Below are positions 36,990 to 57,454 of a stretch of 64,000 bases of DNA, piece after piece. A model generated the notes under the pieces. The model did not search any database. It saw nothing but the letters and a program-made list of their open reading frames with translations, and was not told where the DNA came from. Source of the stretch: the human T2T-CHM13v2.0 reference genome, Homo sapiens; NCBI GenBank assembly GCA_009914755.4, contig CP068257.2, positions 44,512,001-44,576,000 of the forward strand, read 5' to 3'. How positions within the stretch are numbered: the stretch's first letter is position 1; each line of letters begins with the position of its first letter. A program made the position numbers and the translations under genes.

Positions 36990-39900
36990 CTATTGATGGA
37001 CAGGGCTTGTTTCCATGTTTCCGTGCAAACACACAGCTGTAATCGGCCTCCCGGGAGGAGCCTTCTGCTCTGTGAGCATCCTCTGTGGATGGGGAGGAGC
37101 CTCCTGCTCTGTGAGCATCCTCTGTGGATGGGGAGGAGCCCCCTGCTCTGTGAGCATCCTCTGTGGATGGGGAGGAGCCTCCTGCTCTGTGTACATCCTC
37201 TGTGGATGGGGAGGAGCCCCCTGCTCTGTGAGCATCCTCTGTGGATGGGGAGGAGCCCCTGCTCTGTGAGCATCCTCTGTGGATGGGGAGGAGCCCCCTG
37301 CTCTGTGAGCATCCTCTGTGGATGGGGAGGAGCCTCCTGCTCTGTGTACATCCTCTGTGGATGGGGAGGAGCCCCCTGCTCTGTGAGCATCCTCTGTGGA
37401 TGGGGAGGAGCCCCTGCTCTCTGAGCATCCTCTGTGGATGGGGAGGAGCCCCCTGCTCTGTGAGCATCCTCTGTGGATGGGGAGGAGCCCCTGCTCTGTG
37501 AGCATCCTCTGTGGATGGGGAGGAGCCTCCTGCTCTGTGAACATCCTCTGTGGATGGGGAGGAGCCCCCTGCTCTGTGAGCATCCTCTGTGGATGGGGAG
37601 GAGCCCCTGCTCTGTGAGCATCCTCTGTGGATGGGGAGGAGCCTCTGCTCTGTGAGCATCCTCTGTGGATGGGGAGGAGCCTCCTGCTTTGTGAGCATCC
37701 TCTGTGGATGGGGAGGAGCCCCTGCTCTGTGAGCATCCTCTGTGGATGGGGAGGAGCCTCCTGCTCTGTGAGCATCCTCTGTGGATGGGGAGGAGCCCCC
37801 TGCTCTGTGAACATCCTCTGTGGATGGGGAGGAGCCCCCTACTCTGTGAACATCCTCTGTGGATGGGGAGGAGCCTCCTGCTCTGTGAGCATCCTCGTGG
37901 ATGGGGAGGAGCCCCCTGCTCTGTGAACATCCTCTGTGGATGGGGAGGAGCCTCCCTGCTCTGTGAGCATCCTCTGTGGATGGGGAGGAGCCTCCTGCTC
38001 TGTGAGCATCCTCTGTGGATGGGGAGGAGCCTCCCTGCTCTGTGAGCATCCTCTGTGGATGGGGAGGAGCCTCCTGCTCTGTGAGCATCCTCTGTGGTCC
38101 AGGAGGAGCCTCCTGCTCTGTGAACATCCTCTGTGGATGGGGAGGAGCCTCCCTGCTCTGTGAGCATCCTCTGTGGATGGGGAGGAGCCTCCTGCTCTGT
38201 GAGCATCCTCTGTGGTCCAGGAGGAGCCTCCTGCTCTGTGAACATCCTCTGTGGATGTGGAGGAGCCCCCTGCTCTGTGAGCATCCTCTGTGGATGGGGA
38301 GGAGCCCCCTGCTCTGTGAGCATCCTCTGTGGATGGGGAGGAGCCCCTGCTCTGTGAGCATCCTCTGTGGATGGGGAGGAGCCTCCTGCTCTGTGTACAT
38401 CCTCTGTGGATGGGGAGGAGCCCCCTGCTCTGTGAGCATCCTCTGTGGATGGGGAGGAGCCCCTGCTCTGTGAGCATCCTCTGTGGATGGGGAGGAGCCC
38501 CCTGCTCTGTGAGCATCCTCTGTGGATGGGGAGGAGCCCCTGCTCTGTGAGCATCCTCTGTGGATGGGGAGGAGCCTCCTGCTCTGTGAACATCCTCTGT
38601 GGATGGGGAGGAGCCCCCTGCTCTGTGAGCATCCTCTGTGGATGGGGAGGAGCCCCTGCTCTGTGAGCATCCTCTGTGGATGGGGAGGAGCCTCTGCTCT
38701 GTGAGCATCCTCTGTGGATGGGGAGGAGCCTCCTGCTCTGTGAGCATCCTCTGTGGATGGGGAGGAGCCCCTGCTCTGTGAGCATCCTCTGTGGATGGGG
38801 AGGAGCCTCCTGCTCTGTGAGCATCCTCTGTGGATGGGGAGGAGCCCCCTGCTCTGTGAACATCCTCTGTGGATGGGGAGGAGCCCCCTATTCTGTGAAC
38901 ATCCTCTGTGGATGGGGAGGAGCCTCCTGCTCTGTGAGCATCCTCGTGGATGGGGAGGAGCCCCCTGCTCTGTGAACATCCTCTGTGGATGGGGAGGAGC
39001 CTCCCTGCTCTGTGAGCATCCTCTGTGGATGGGGAGGAGCCTCCTGCTCTGTGAGCATCCTCTGTGGATGGGGAGGAGCCCCCTGCTCTGTGAACATCCT
39101 CTGTGGATGGGGAGGAGCCTCCTGCTCTGTGAGCATCCTCTGTGGATGGGGAGGAGCCTCCCTGCTCTGTGAGCATCCTCTGTGGATGGGGAGGAGCCTC
39201 CTGCTCTGTGAGCATCCTCTGTGGTCCAGGAGGAGCCTCCTGCTCTGTGAACATCCTCTGTGGATGGGGAGGAGCCTCCCTGCTCTGTGAGCATCCTCTG
39301 TGGATGGGGAGGAGCCTCCTGCTCTGTGAGCATCCTCTGTGGTCCAGGAGGAGCCTCCTTCTCTGTGAACATCCTCTGTGGATGTGGAGGAGCCCCCTGC
39401 TCTGTGAACATCCTCTGTGGATGGGGAGGAGCCTCCTGCTCTGTGAGCATCCTCTGTGGATGGGGAGGAGCCTCCTGCTCTGTGAGCATCCTCTGTGGTC
39501 CAGGAGGAGCCTCCTGCTCTGTGAACATCCTCTGTGGATGGGGAGGAGCCCCCTGCTCTGTGAACATCCTCTGTGGATGGGGAGGAGCCCCCTACTCTGT
39601 GAACATCCTCTGTGGATGGGGAGGAGCCTCCTGCTCTGTGAGCATCCTCTGTGGATGGGGAGGAGCCTCCCTGCTCTGTGAGCATCCTCTGTGGATGGGG
39701 AGGAGCCTCCCTGCTCTGTGAGCATCCTCTGTGGATGGGGAGGAGCCTCCCTGCTCTGTGAACATCCTCTGTGGATGGGGAGGAGCCTCCCTGCTCTGTG
39801 AACATCCTCTGTGGATAGGGAGGAGCCTCCTGCTCTGTGAGCATCCTCTGTGGTCCAGGAGGAGCCTCCTGCTCTGTGAACATCCTCTGTGGATGGGGAG

Positions 39901-40800
39901 GAGCTTCCCTGCTCTGTGAACATCCTCTGTGGATGGGGAGGAGCCTCCTGCTCTGTGAGCATCCTCTGTGGTCCAGGAGGAGCCTCCTGCTCTGTGAACA
40001 TCCTCTGTGGATGGGGAGGAGCCCCCTGCTCTGTGAACATCCTCTGTGGATGGGGAGGAGCCTCCTGCTCTGTGAGCATCCTCTGTGGATGGGGAGGAGC
40101 CCCCTACTCTGTGAACATCCTCTGTGGATGGGGAGGAGCCTCCTGCTCTGTGAGCATCCTCTGTGGATGGGGAGGAGCCTCCCTGCTCTGTGAGCATCCT
40201 CTGTGGATGGGGAGGAGCCTCCCTGCTCTGTGAACATCCTCTGTGGATGGGGAGGAGCCTCCCTGCTCTGTGAACATCCTCTGTGGATAGGGAGGAGCCT
40301 CCTGCTCTGTGAGCATCTTCTGTGGTCCAGGAGGAGCCTCCTGCTCTGTGAACATCCTCTGTGGATGGGGAGGAGCTTCCCTGCTCTGTGAACATCCTCT
40401 GTGGATGGGGAGGAGCCTCCCTGCTCTGTGAACATCCTCTGTGGATGGGGAGGAGCCTCCTGCTCTGTGAGCATCCTCTGTGGTCCAGGAGGAGCCTCCT
40501 GCTCTGTGAACATCCTCTGTGGATGGGGAGGAGCCCTCTGCTCTCTGAACATCCTCTGTGGATGGGGAGGAGCCTCCCTGCTCTGTGAGCATCCTCTGTG
40601 GATGGGGAGGAGCCTCCCTGCTCTGTGAACATCCTCTGTGGATGGGGAGGAGCCTCCTGCTCTGTGAACATCCTCTGTGGATGGGGAGGAGCTTCCCTGC
40701 TCTGTAAACATCCTCTGTGGATGGGGAGGAGCCTCCTGCTCTGTGAACATCCTTTGTGGATGGGGAGGAGCCTCCTGCTCTGTGAACATCCTCTGTGGTC
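36990..40800. repeat. Large VNTR: 39-bp unit (ctctgtgagcatcctctgtggatggggaggagcctcctg; 38- and 40-bp variants) x ~98 copies in SPATC1L intron 1
   Basis: About 3.8 kb of uninterrupted periodicity. 39 nt = 13 codons, which explains the very long periodic ORFs on both strands (e.g. 36913-39567(-), 884 aa, PPHPQRMLTEQEA repeats). Confidence 0.95.
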
Positions 40801-41744
40801 TGACGCTGGGCTCAGGTGTGTTCACTTTCTTTGCTTTCCACACCAAGGGGGAGGGTCCATGCCCACCAACACCTCCTGGCCCCACACCCTCATGAGGACT
40901 GAATATTCCCCAACCAGGCTGATGAGGTCATGTGGCATTTCCCCAATCCCTGGCCAAATTTAGCTTATCTATGCCTTTATGGCTTATGAAATTCTATTCT
41001 ACCTCCATGTCATGTGTATTCTCCTAGCAATAAAGCAAATACATATTAGAGAAAGTGTTCGGAGCCATATCAAAAAATTATACCTTAAAATGTGCCTACT
41101 GGAGCTTGCAGTGAGCCAAGATCGTGCCACTGCAATCCAGCCTGGGCGACAGAGCAAGAATCCATCTCAAAAAAAAAAAAAAAATGTGCCTACAAAGGAA
41201 CCAACTAATCTTCCCTCTGAAATGTTTTCCAAGGAAAAAAAGTTCGAAAGAAGCAAAGTCATCAGCGTGTGCCCGGCCTCCTGCCACGTGGGAGGCCTGG
41301 AGTCCTCAGGCTTCACAGACCCCCCACCCCAGACACTTTTCAAATTATAAAAGAATATTATGTACAATTATGTATTAATTAAAATTTCAATAAAAGGAGA
41401 TAGCCTGGAAAATTACTTTCAAGTGACTCAATAAGAAGTAGAAAACCTAAATGAACCAATACACAAAGAAGGAAAATCTAAAAGTTATGAAATGATTATT
41501 CCCCAGAGGGCTGCAGGCCTGGATGGTCTGTGGGTGAGTGTGCCAAGTTCCCAAACAAGTCATAATCCCGACATCATACAAATGAGGCTGGAACCGTAGA
41601 ACAGGTTAAAAGATGCTCAATTAGGTTTCAAAATTTGTCACAACTCTGATGTCAAATTCCTACAAAGATAACCCCCAGAAAAAAAAAAAAAAAAAAAAAA
41701 AAACCATGGCCAGGCCAAAAATAATTGCACAAAGTCTCATCCAA

Positions 41745-42075
41745 ACATGATCAAGAACACACAGCACGAGGCAGGAGTGTGCACAGAGCATGAGGCAGGA
41801 GTGCAGAGCATGAGGCGGGGGATGCACAGAGCATGAGGCGGGGGATGCACAGAGCATGAGGCCGGGGTATGCAAAGCACGAGGCGGGGGATGCACAGAGC
41901 GTGAGACGGGGGATGCACAGAGCGTGAGGCGGAGGATGCACAGAGCGTGAGGCGGGGGTTGTGCAGAGCACAAAGCGGGGAGGTGTGCAGAGCACAAGAT
42001 GGGGGTGGAGAGCATGAGGCAGGGGTGTGTGCAGAGCACGAGGCGGTGGGGTGGAGAGCAAGAGGCAGGGTGTGC
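41745..42075. repeat. Minisatellite, 23-24 bp unit x ~14 (gcacagagcatgaggcgggggat)
   Basis: Visible periodicity, preceded by a poly(A) run at 41675-41702. Confidence 0.85.
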
Positions 42076-43784
42076 AGAACCCAGTGGCTGTGCAGCGTAG
42101 CAAGATACCAGATACGGTCCCTGGCAAGAAGCTGAGTTACCTCCACTGGTACAGAGATAGGCTCACAAACACCGAACAAGATGAGCCATTTCTCAAATTT
42201 TCTGTTTTCCAAAAATAAGAACAGGAAGGACTCTTCCACAGCATCCAGCCTGTGCAAACCTCCCTCCTCTGGGCAGATGGGACCGTTGGTCCTTCCCACA
42301 GCTGGTCAGGAGGACCAGGATGCGGCCAAAACCCTCTCTCACCTTCCCTGGACGAGGCCCCATGAAAGTCAAGGCCAAGGCCCGAGTTCTGAGTAATAAG
42401 GACAAAGACAGAAATAAGAAGTTCATGTGGATTGGAAGGGCGGGATGGCCGGCCAGATGCAGCCAGATGATACAGCTCCCACGGAGGGCCTGAGATGACT
42501 GGTGAGCTTCTAACACATCTTCAGAGGGAAGGTGCTGAGGGCAGATGGAGGGAGCACACAGAAGCTGGGCTGAAGGTGAGAAAGCTGGGAACCTGCCTGG
42601 GACTACTGAGCACTGGTGCTCATTTTTGGACCCACAACAGCTCTGGGGAAATGGGGTAGTTAAACGGGCAAGGAGCAACCCACTGTTGCCATGGGCCTCT
42701 GGAACCCCAGCTGGGGGAGACCCCTCGCCCACCATGGACACTCTAGTTGGCAGGGAGAGCTGCTTAGAGAAGTGGTGGCGGCAGCAGCCAGCTGAAGCGG
42801 AACCCAGAGGGTCTGGTGCAGGAACACAGCCAGGGACGGCCGTCCCCCAGGCTTGATTTGCTCCCACAGGAGACTTTGGACCTAGGGGAACTGTCAGACC
42901 TGTTCTCTGCAGGGTGGTCTTACCCATCAGATGGGACTGGTCCAACCTGAGCACCCCTTCGTCTGCTGGCCTCTCCTGGGGCCCCAGCCTGGCCATGCCT
43001 GCTTGCAGGGCAGTCTTGGGTGCCCTGGGGGTCTTCACCATAGCTTCTGTGCCGGCAGACTGTGCCTGGCCAGTGGAGAGCTCCAGTGAGACAGCCCCGA
43101 CGGCCACACACCAGCCTGCCTGCTCCCTCCTCATATTGTAGCTTCCCCTGGGCCCAGGCAACTCCCCACATCACTCTGCTGATGTCTGCACAGGTGGGTT
43201 TTGATTTCCTTCCCCCACCAGCATGCAGGAGTCCAGTGGGCCTCCCCTTTCCCTACAGACTTCCATTGCAGATGAAGCCTTGGCAGACACAGAGCCAGCA
43301 AGCCCCATACCCACCAGAACCCTGCCTTTGACCTAACACTGAGCAGAGAACAGTGGATCCTCCCCCACCCTGAGCGATCACTCCTGCTTGCAGGGCACAG
43401 AAAAGGCACCTAGACCTGTGCCAACCAGCACCCCACCCATGCCTATAGTACCTCCAGAGTAACTGCACACAGTCTCCAACAGGAGCCCCCCATCCCCACC
43501 CCAGCTGCTTTGCCTCCACCACTGTGGTGAACCCCCACAGGAAGGCAGGCACTCTGCATCTGCCAGCCACTCTGCTGTAGCTGCAGTACCTCAGCCCCCC
43601 AGTGCAGTGGATTCCAAACCTCAAGGAGCCAGAGAACAAAGTCAGGGCCCAAAACAAGTCCCCCAGAGCTAGAGCATGCAGAGTCCAGGAGTTGGCAGCT
43701 GGGCACTGGCCCCTTAAATATTCCATAAATGAAGCCAGTTGGCTGAATCCACCTTATACCACAATCAAAACCTCAAGGTCATCA

Positions 43785-48340
<4,556 letters not shown>

Positions 48341-48351
48341 AATACATGGCC

Positions 48352-49140
<789 letters not shown>

Positions 49141-52100
49141 ACACCAAAAAAAGAAATCCAATGGAAATAACCTTAAATATAAAAATTCTTAAAACCTTTT
49201 TTGTGGTGCTATTTACCTCAAGGGGAAGAAAAACTTTAATTTCAAACTGAGGGAGAATTCATTACATTGTGGTTCATCCGAATCGGCAATATTGCAGGGC
49301 CATTTTAAAGTACACCTAACAACACAGGGACAATCTTCTGTCATGTCAGACGGAAGGAGTGACCAGGAGTTGCACATAGAGAATTCTCACCACTGTTGGA
49401 AATCATCTGACAATCCACCACCAACAACTAGGGAGCGAGTGGGCAATCTGGGGGGGCCTGGCTGTCCTCCAGGGGACACCTCTCCAGTGGAGACACGGCG
49501 AGTGGCATCGTGGCCGTGCTGGAGGGACCAGGACAATCCCGAGGGAGACGAGATGGGGCAGCTGGGAGGGGAGGCAGAGGACTGCTGCTCCCACTGGCCC
49601 TTCGCGTCACTCACTTGTAAACCTGGGTGAGAAGACCTGGAGACCTCGCTCCCCAGCTGACGGGGACAGATGAGCCCTCCTGTGACGTGGGAACGATGCC
49701 GGCGCAGTGCCCTCCTCCTCCATCAGTGGGGTGTAGGGACCGTTCAGAGAGCGTTTGACAGTGTCTGTTTCAACATTTCAAATGCACACAGCCTTTGACC
49801 CGAGGACCCAGGTGTGGGATCCCCTACACAAAGCCACAGGGCGCCTGCGCAGGCCACCCACGGCGGCGGCGTCCACGGTCGCAGAGAACTGGGAACAGTG
49901 CTGCCTGCCTGGGGCCCCCACAGAAGGAGCCCAGTGTTCAAGTGTGCCGGGGAGATCTGCAGATAAGGACTGGTGGGGAATGCCGCGAAATGGATCGTTA
50001 AGGGGGAAAAGTCAAGTTGCGGAACAGCACAATCCCGTGTAGGTGGACCAAAAAGATACACAGACAGACACACAGATCTCCACTAAAGTTCCAGAGAAAA
50101 CCCAAGAGAACGTTGATTGTGGCTGCCTTTGCGGAGGGGGCCGGAGGCGTGGCCTGAGGCTTAAACGTTGCACCCTCCATGGCGTTTATAAGTTTACCAT
50201 GAGCACGTGTTGTTGAATCCGTAAGAAAAGCAGGTTTTTACTCATCCTGTTTTGAACACAGATGCTAATGAAGTCTTGGCAACATGCAGACATTGCTGGT
50301 GGTGGTTCCTTTGTTTATAAACTTCTCCTTTTTTGCAGAAGCTCAGTGCTGGTCTTCCCAACCCCAGTTCTGCTGAGGGCTGGTCCTGAATGCAGCGTCC
50401 CACAGCCCCAGGTACATTCCCAAGCACATGCTGAGGCCCAGAGCATTAAGGGTGCACCACACGCTGCCACTCAAGTGGCAGAGTTTAGAGGGTGGTCTTG
50501 TCCAGGCCCCTCCCCGCTGCCAGCCCGGGCCACACTGAGCCTGCCCCACACCCTGTGGCGGGGGCTCCAAGGCCCTCTGTGGAAGGCCTGCTGGCCTCAG
50601 GTTGAGGCTCCTCCCAAGACCCGTGTCCAGCAAGACCTGGGTTTGCCAAGATGACCCAAGGGCAGGGGCAGCAGCCGTGGTCATGGAGACCCCGCCCGGA
50701 CTCAGCCCCTGACAAGGGTCCCTCTGGGGACTGCACAGCCTGGGCAAGGGTTGAGGGTCTGCCCCTCTCCTGCCAGGGGAGGCACCAGCACTCTGTCCAG
50801 CCCTGAGGTCCGGCCCAGGGTGATTCCTTCCTGAGGAGGAGGACAGCAACGCAGCCCGGGGCACGCAGCCTGCGGCGGTCCACACACGCCAAACAGATTA
50901 AGGGCCCTTTTGCAGCCACAGTGCCCGGGCCTCACAAGTGCTGTGAACGGGACCCTGCACGTGGCCCAGCACCGTAAGCGCAGGTCTGCCCAGCAAACGC
51001 CCTGTGGTGAGCGTGGGGCTCAGTGGCCGCTGATGGAGACGCAGAACCTGGGGCCTCGCACAGCATGGCCCCCAGGCGCCAGGTTCCCCAGCCACACTGT
51101 CCCCGCACATCCTGGCGAGGTGCTCTCCTCCCAGCTCCCTGCGAGGAGCCCCTGCCTGTCACCAGAGACCAAAGGTGTGGGGACGATGCCATGGATTCCC
51201 CTCTTTGCTTCCAGACACGCTCGCTCTCAGGCTTGTCCATGGAGCTCCGAGCAGGGCCTGGGGCCTGGCTGCGGAGAGTGCCTCCTGCACACTGCGCCTG
51301 CTCAGAGTGCACATCTGAGGGTGGTGGCCAGCGTTTGAGAAGGACTCAGGAAGCAACCTCCCCCACCCCCAGCACAGGTGCTGGAGCGGCCCCTTGGTGA
51401 GTGGCAGAGCTGGCCTCCCGGGCATGGCTCGTGCTCGCAGACAGCAGTGTTCACGGGCACTGGCGAGGCTGCCTGCTCCATCGTCCAGGACCAGGCAGGC
51501 TGACCACGTCCTTTCCGGGCCCGGCCCGGTGGGAAGCTGAGGTTGGCCGTGGGAATCCCAGGCAGTGCTGGGTCAGGGACTCTGTCCTCTGCCCACCATC
51601 CCAACAAAAAGTCAAGGGTACATCTGTCAGCCCCACCCCAAATCACATGCAGGAACGGGTAATGTTTTTCCCAAACCTTTTAGAATAAAGCCTACTACTT
51701 TGCAGAAAGTGACCAAACCCTATATATATACTTTTTTCAGTAAAAAGCCACAGAAGGTCGGAGTCAATGCTATGTGGTGAGTGGATCATGGCTCCACACT
51801 CCCAGCCCCGCAGGGACAGGCGCCCACTTGTCCCTACCTGCTCCCCTGGCCGGTGGCTCTGAGGCCTCCCCAGGGTGGGACCTTCCCACCATGGGGCTGG
51901 CCTGGCTCTGGCCGGGGACATGAGTGGATGGGACACAGCACTCATGGGACTCGTGTGGCTGGTCTGACACCCCCCTCGCCCCTGACCCAGGAGAAGAGAC
52001 ACATGCAGCAGAGCAAACTGCCAGCCAGGACCAGCCTGGAAGAGCTGCCTGGGGCCCTGGAGGCCCACAAGCCTGCGCGCCACCTGCTCTACCCCTATGG

Positions 52101-52366
52101 GGACACTTCCATGACTGCAGCTGACCAGTCCACCTGCCAGCGGTTGACCACTCCCACTTCGCCAGCGACCGAAGGGGAGGGGAGGGGCCTCACCTGAGGG
52201 CAACAGCAGAACCCACCACCTGGTCTTGCTTTACTCAGACCTGAGGGTGTGAAAGGTGCCCGTGACCTCCCGCATCAGGGAGCTGGCCGCCACCCTCGAC
52301 TCCCGGGGAGCAGGCGTCCCGCGACCCCCTCATCTACCAGGCCATCTGAGCTGGGCGGCGCCTCAC

Positions 52367-52559
52367 CTCCGCTCCCGGGGGAGCCGGCCTCAGGGTAGGC
52401 ATGCGCCCTGGGTGGGAGCAGGTCGTGGCCGCCGCCCTCCTGGCAGCTCTGGCTGAGCAGCCGCCGCAGCATCTGATTCTCCTTCAGGAGGCGCACCTGC
52501 TTCTTCAGGTCCGCGTTCTCGCTCAGGAGCCGGCTCATCAGCTCGCCGCCTTCAGCCAT
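52367..52559 (-). CDS. SPATC1L: SPATC1L first coding exon ([64 protein letters not shown] + 1 nt), ATG at 52557-52559
   Basis: ORF 52275..52559(-). Donor GGAG|gtgagg. The four exons sum to 1020 coding nt, i.e. 340 aa. A ctgcag acceptor about 30 nt upstream of the ATG suggests a further upstream non-coding exon. Confidence 0.85.
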
Positions 52560-53149
52560 GGCGGGTGCGTCCCTCCTTGTCCCTCACGGCTCCTGCAGCC
52601 CCATGGAGGTGGGAGCCCAGAGCCCGCAGGCACCACAGAAACAGCCCAGGCACGGAGTTCCGTAGCCACCACCGCCTTCCACGCCTTGTGATGTCACTGC
52701 CCTAGTGATGAGGTGCCCAGCACCCTGCCTGCCCCTGCGATGGCTCATGGCCCCGTTGAGGCAGTGAAGCTGGAGGCCCGTGGCGTGCACAGGCAGCCAC
52801 TCCCACATTATGACCAGGGCCCGAGAATGCCAAGGACATTAGGCAGCTACGGGATGTAGCGACTGTACTCCAAGAGGGGCGTCCAAGCCACTCCCCATTG
52901 AGCGGCCCAGCCAGGGTCGGGTGTCCACCCTGTGTGGTGTCCTCAAGCTGGGTGGGGACGCTGCCTTCACCCGAGTAACATGTGGGCTGCACTTCCCATA
53001 GGACCTGCCCAGGACACAGGGTTCCCAGTGCAGCTTCCTGTGGACCCTGGCACCCAGGGCAGCAACTGATGTGCAGGTGTTCATCAGGGTCCGTCCTTGG
53101 CACCCACACTTGAGGAGGGAGGGACTGGCAAGGGCAGTGGGAGGAGACC

Positions 53150-53750
53150 AGCATGTGGGGGAGACCAGCCTGGTGGGGAGACCAGCTTGTGGGGGAGACC
53201 AGTCTGCGGGGGAGACCAGCCTGGGGAGGAGACCAGCCTGCAGGGGAGACCAGCCTGCGGGGGAGACCAGCCTGGGCGGGGAGATCAGCCTGGGGGAGGA
53301 GACCAGCCTGGTGAGGAGACCAGCCTGGGGGAGGAGACCAGCCTTGTGGGGGAGACCAGCCTGCGGGGGAGACCAGCCTGGGCGGGGAGATCAGCCTGGG
53401 GGAGGAGACCAGCCTGGTGAGGAGACCAGCCTGGGGGAGGAGACCAGCTTGCGGGGGAGACCAGCCTGCGGGGGAGACCAGCCTGGGCGGGGAGATCAGC
53501 CTGGGGGAGGAGACCAGCCTGGTGAGGAGACCAGCCTGGGGGAGGAGACCAGCTTGCGGGGGAGACCAGCCTGCGGGGGAGACCAGCCTGGGCGGGGAGA
53601 TCAGCCTGGGGGAGGAGACCAGCCTGGTGAGGAGACCAGCCTGGGGGAGGAGACCAGCCTTGTGGGGGAGACCAGCCTGGGGGAGGAGACCAGTCTTGCG
53701 GGGGAGACCAGCCTAGGGTGGGGAGACCAGCCTGAGGCAGCCCCACGATG
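53150..53750. repeat. GC-rich minisatellite (~21-bp units: gggggagaccagcctg[cgg/ggg]) between SPATC1L and LSS
   Basis: Visible periodicity. ORFs 53071-53811(+) and 53285-53968(-) are artefacts. Confidence 0.85.
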
Positions 53751-54179
53751 GCCCCCACATGCTTTGGAGCACTGGGTGGCCCTGAGGGCTGGGCTGGAGG
53801 CCACCTACTGACCTCACTCCCTGATGAGAAGGGTCCAGCAGTGCATGTCCACCCCTCAGACCACGAGCGCCCGTGTCTAAGACACCAATTGTTCCTGACT
53901 GCACTGCTCCTGCCTGCACGTAACTGAGGACGCCCCCAACCCATGGCCACGGCCCCTCGGGCCGTCACACAGGGCTGCGGCTCATGGGGCCCTGCTAGAG
54001 CAGGCGTCTGTCCTCAGTCAGTGCGACCGACTTGAAACCCACCCTGACTCCCTGCTTCAATTACTTGGGAAAGTAAATCACCTCAGTGTTGTTTCTTGGC
54101 TCCGAGGGTCTTGTTTTATCAGCAGCCGGGATGCAACAGATGGGTCATCTCATCCTCATGGGAAGGGACGTACGGCAGA

Positions 54180-55060
54180 AAGCACAACCCAGTGGGCCGG
54201 CCACACCTCCAGCCCTGTGACGGGCACCCACCACCACCAACCCAGTGGGCCGGCCACACCTCCAGCCCTGTGACGGGCACCCACCACCACCAACCCAGTG
54301 GGCCGGCCACACCTCCAGCCCTGTGACGGGCACCCACCACCACCAACCCAGTGGGCCAGCCACACCTCCAGCCCTGTGACGGGCACCCACCACCACCAAC
54401 CCAGTGGGCCGGCCACACCTCCAGCCCTGTGATGGGCACCCACCACCACCAACCCAGTGGGCCGGCCACACCTCCAGCCCTGTGACGGGCACCCACCACC
54501 ACCAACCCAGTGGGCCGGCCACACCTCCAGCCCTGTGACGGGCACCCACCACCACCAACCCAGTGGGCCGGCCACACCTCCAGCCCTGTGATGGGTACTC
54601 AGGACCACCACCAACCCAGTGGGCCGGCCACACCTCCAGCCCTGTGACGGGCACCCACCACCACCAACCCAGTGGGCCGGCCACACCTCCAGCCCTGTGA
54701 CGGGCACTCAGGACCACCAACAACCCAGTGGGCCGGCCACACCTCCAGCCCTGTGATGGGTACTCAGGACCACCAACAACCCAGTGGGCCGGCCACACCT
54801 CCAGCCCTGTGACGGGCACCCACCACCACCAACCCAGTGGGCCGGCCACACCTCCAGCCCTGTGACGGGCACCCACCACCACCAACCCAGTGGGCCGGCC
54901 ACACCTCCAGCCCTGTGACGGGCACCCACCACCACCAACCCAGTGGGCCGGCCACACCTCCAGCCCTGTGATGGGCACCCACCACCACCACCATCCCAGT
55001 GGGCCGGCCACACCTCCAGCCCTGTGACGGGCACTCAGGACCACCAAGGGCACTCAGGTG
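54180..55060. repeat. Minisatellite, 53-bp unit x ~16 (agccctgtgacgggcacccaccaccaccaacccagtgggccggccacacctcc)
   Basis: 53-nt spacing. Three units = 159 nt = 53 codons gives the periodic ORFs 54145-55053(-) and others. Confidence 0.9.
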
Positions 55061-55799
55061 CAGATGCCCCTGGGAGAACACCACCTTCATTCAGCCCGGG
55101 CGGCCAGATTAGGGGAAGGTTGCTTCTAGGAGAGAAAGTCTTGAGTCAGGCTTTGTGGAGAAAGGAGGTTTCTACACCCCAAGCGTTCCTGACACAACCC
55201 AACCAGCCTGGTGTTGCACCACAGGGCTCACACCTCAGATCAAGACAACGGGGGCCCAGCCACAGCCCACTGACGAGGGCATGCAGGGCGTCCAGGATGC
55301 AGGGCAGAGAGAGAAGCGAGGGATGAGTCACGGATGCGCCCCCCGCTCTGAGCCCGACGGGGCCCTGAATGGCTTTTCCTGCCCTGGCTCCTCCCATCAT
55401 ATTTTAAATGCCGTCTTCCTCCCGCTCCAAGGAAACCTTCTCTTGACGTCAGGTACTCTCCAGCCACGGACCTATCAACATTCTGACAGTTTTCTGGTCT
55501 TGACACATTATCCTTTTAATATAGCGCTGGATTCAATTTATTAATATTTTAAGTATTTTTATGCTCACAGGGGAAGTCGATCTGAATCTCCTTTTCTTGT
55601 GATGTCTCGGTCTGGCTTTGGAACACTGGCCTTTTAAAATGAGCCGCAGAGATTCTGCGCCATTTTCTGGGTGTTCCTTCTTAAACGTCGGATAGAATTC
55701 ATCTGTGAAGCTATCTAGAACTAGATTTCTTCTGGAAAAGTTTTAAATTTCTAAATCAATTTCTTAAATAGATACAACGCTACTTATATTTTATATTTT

Positions 55800-57316
<1,517 letters not shown>

Positions 57317-57454
57317 TAGCCAGGATGGTCTTTATCTCCTGACCTTGTGATCCGCCCACCTCGGCCTCCCAAAGTGCTGGGATTACAGGCGTGAGCCACC
57401 GCGCCCGGCCCCTTCAGCCCATTTTTTAACCAGGTTGTTTTATTGTTGGGTTTG

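Noticed and set aside
36913-40885. Very long ORFs (up to 884 aa on the - strand, many 60-180 aa on the + strand) encoding PPHPQRMLTEQEA / CEHPLWMGRS repeats
   Set aside because: They arise purely from the 39-bp (13-codon) periodicity of the VNTR. They have no start context, carry no splice signals, and their frames switch at 38/40-bp variant units. They are not protein-coding.
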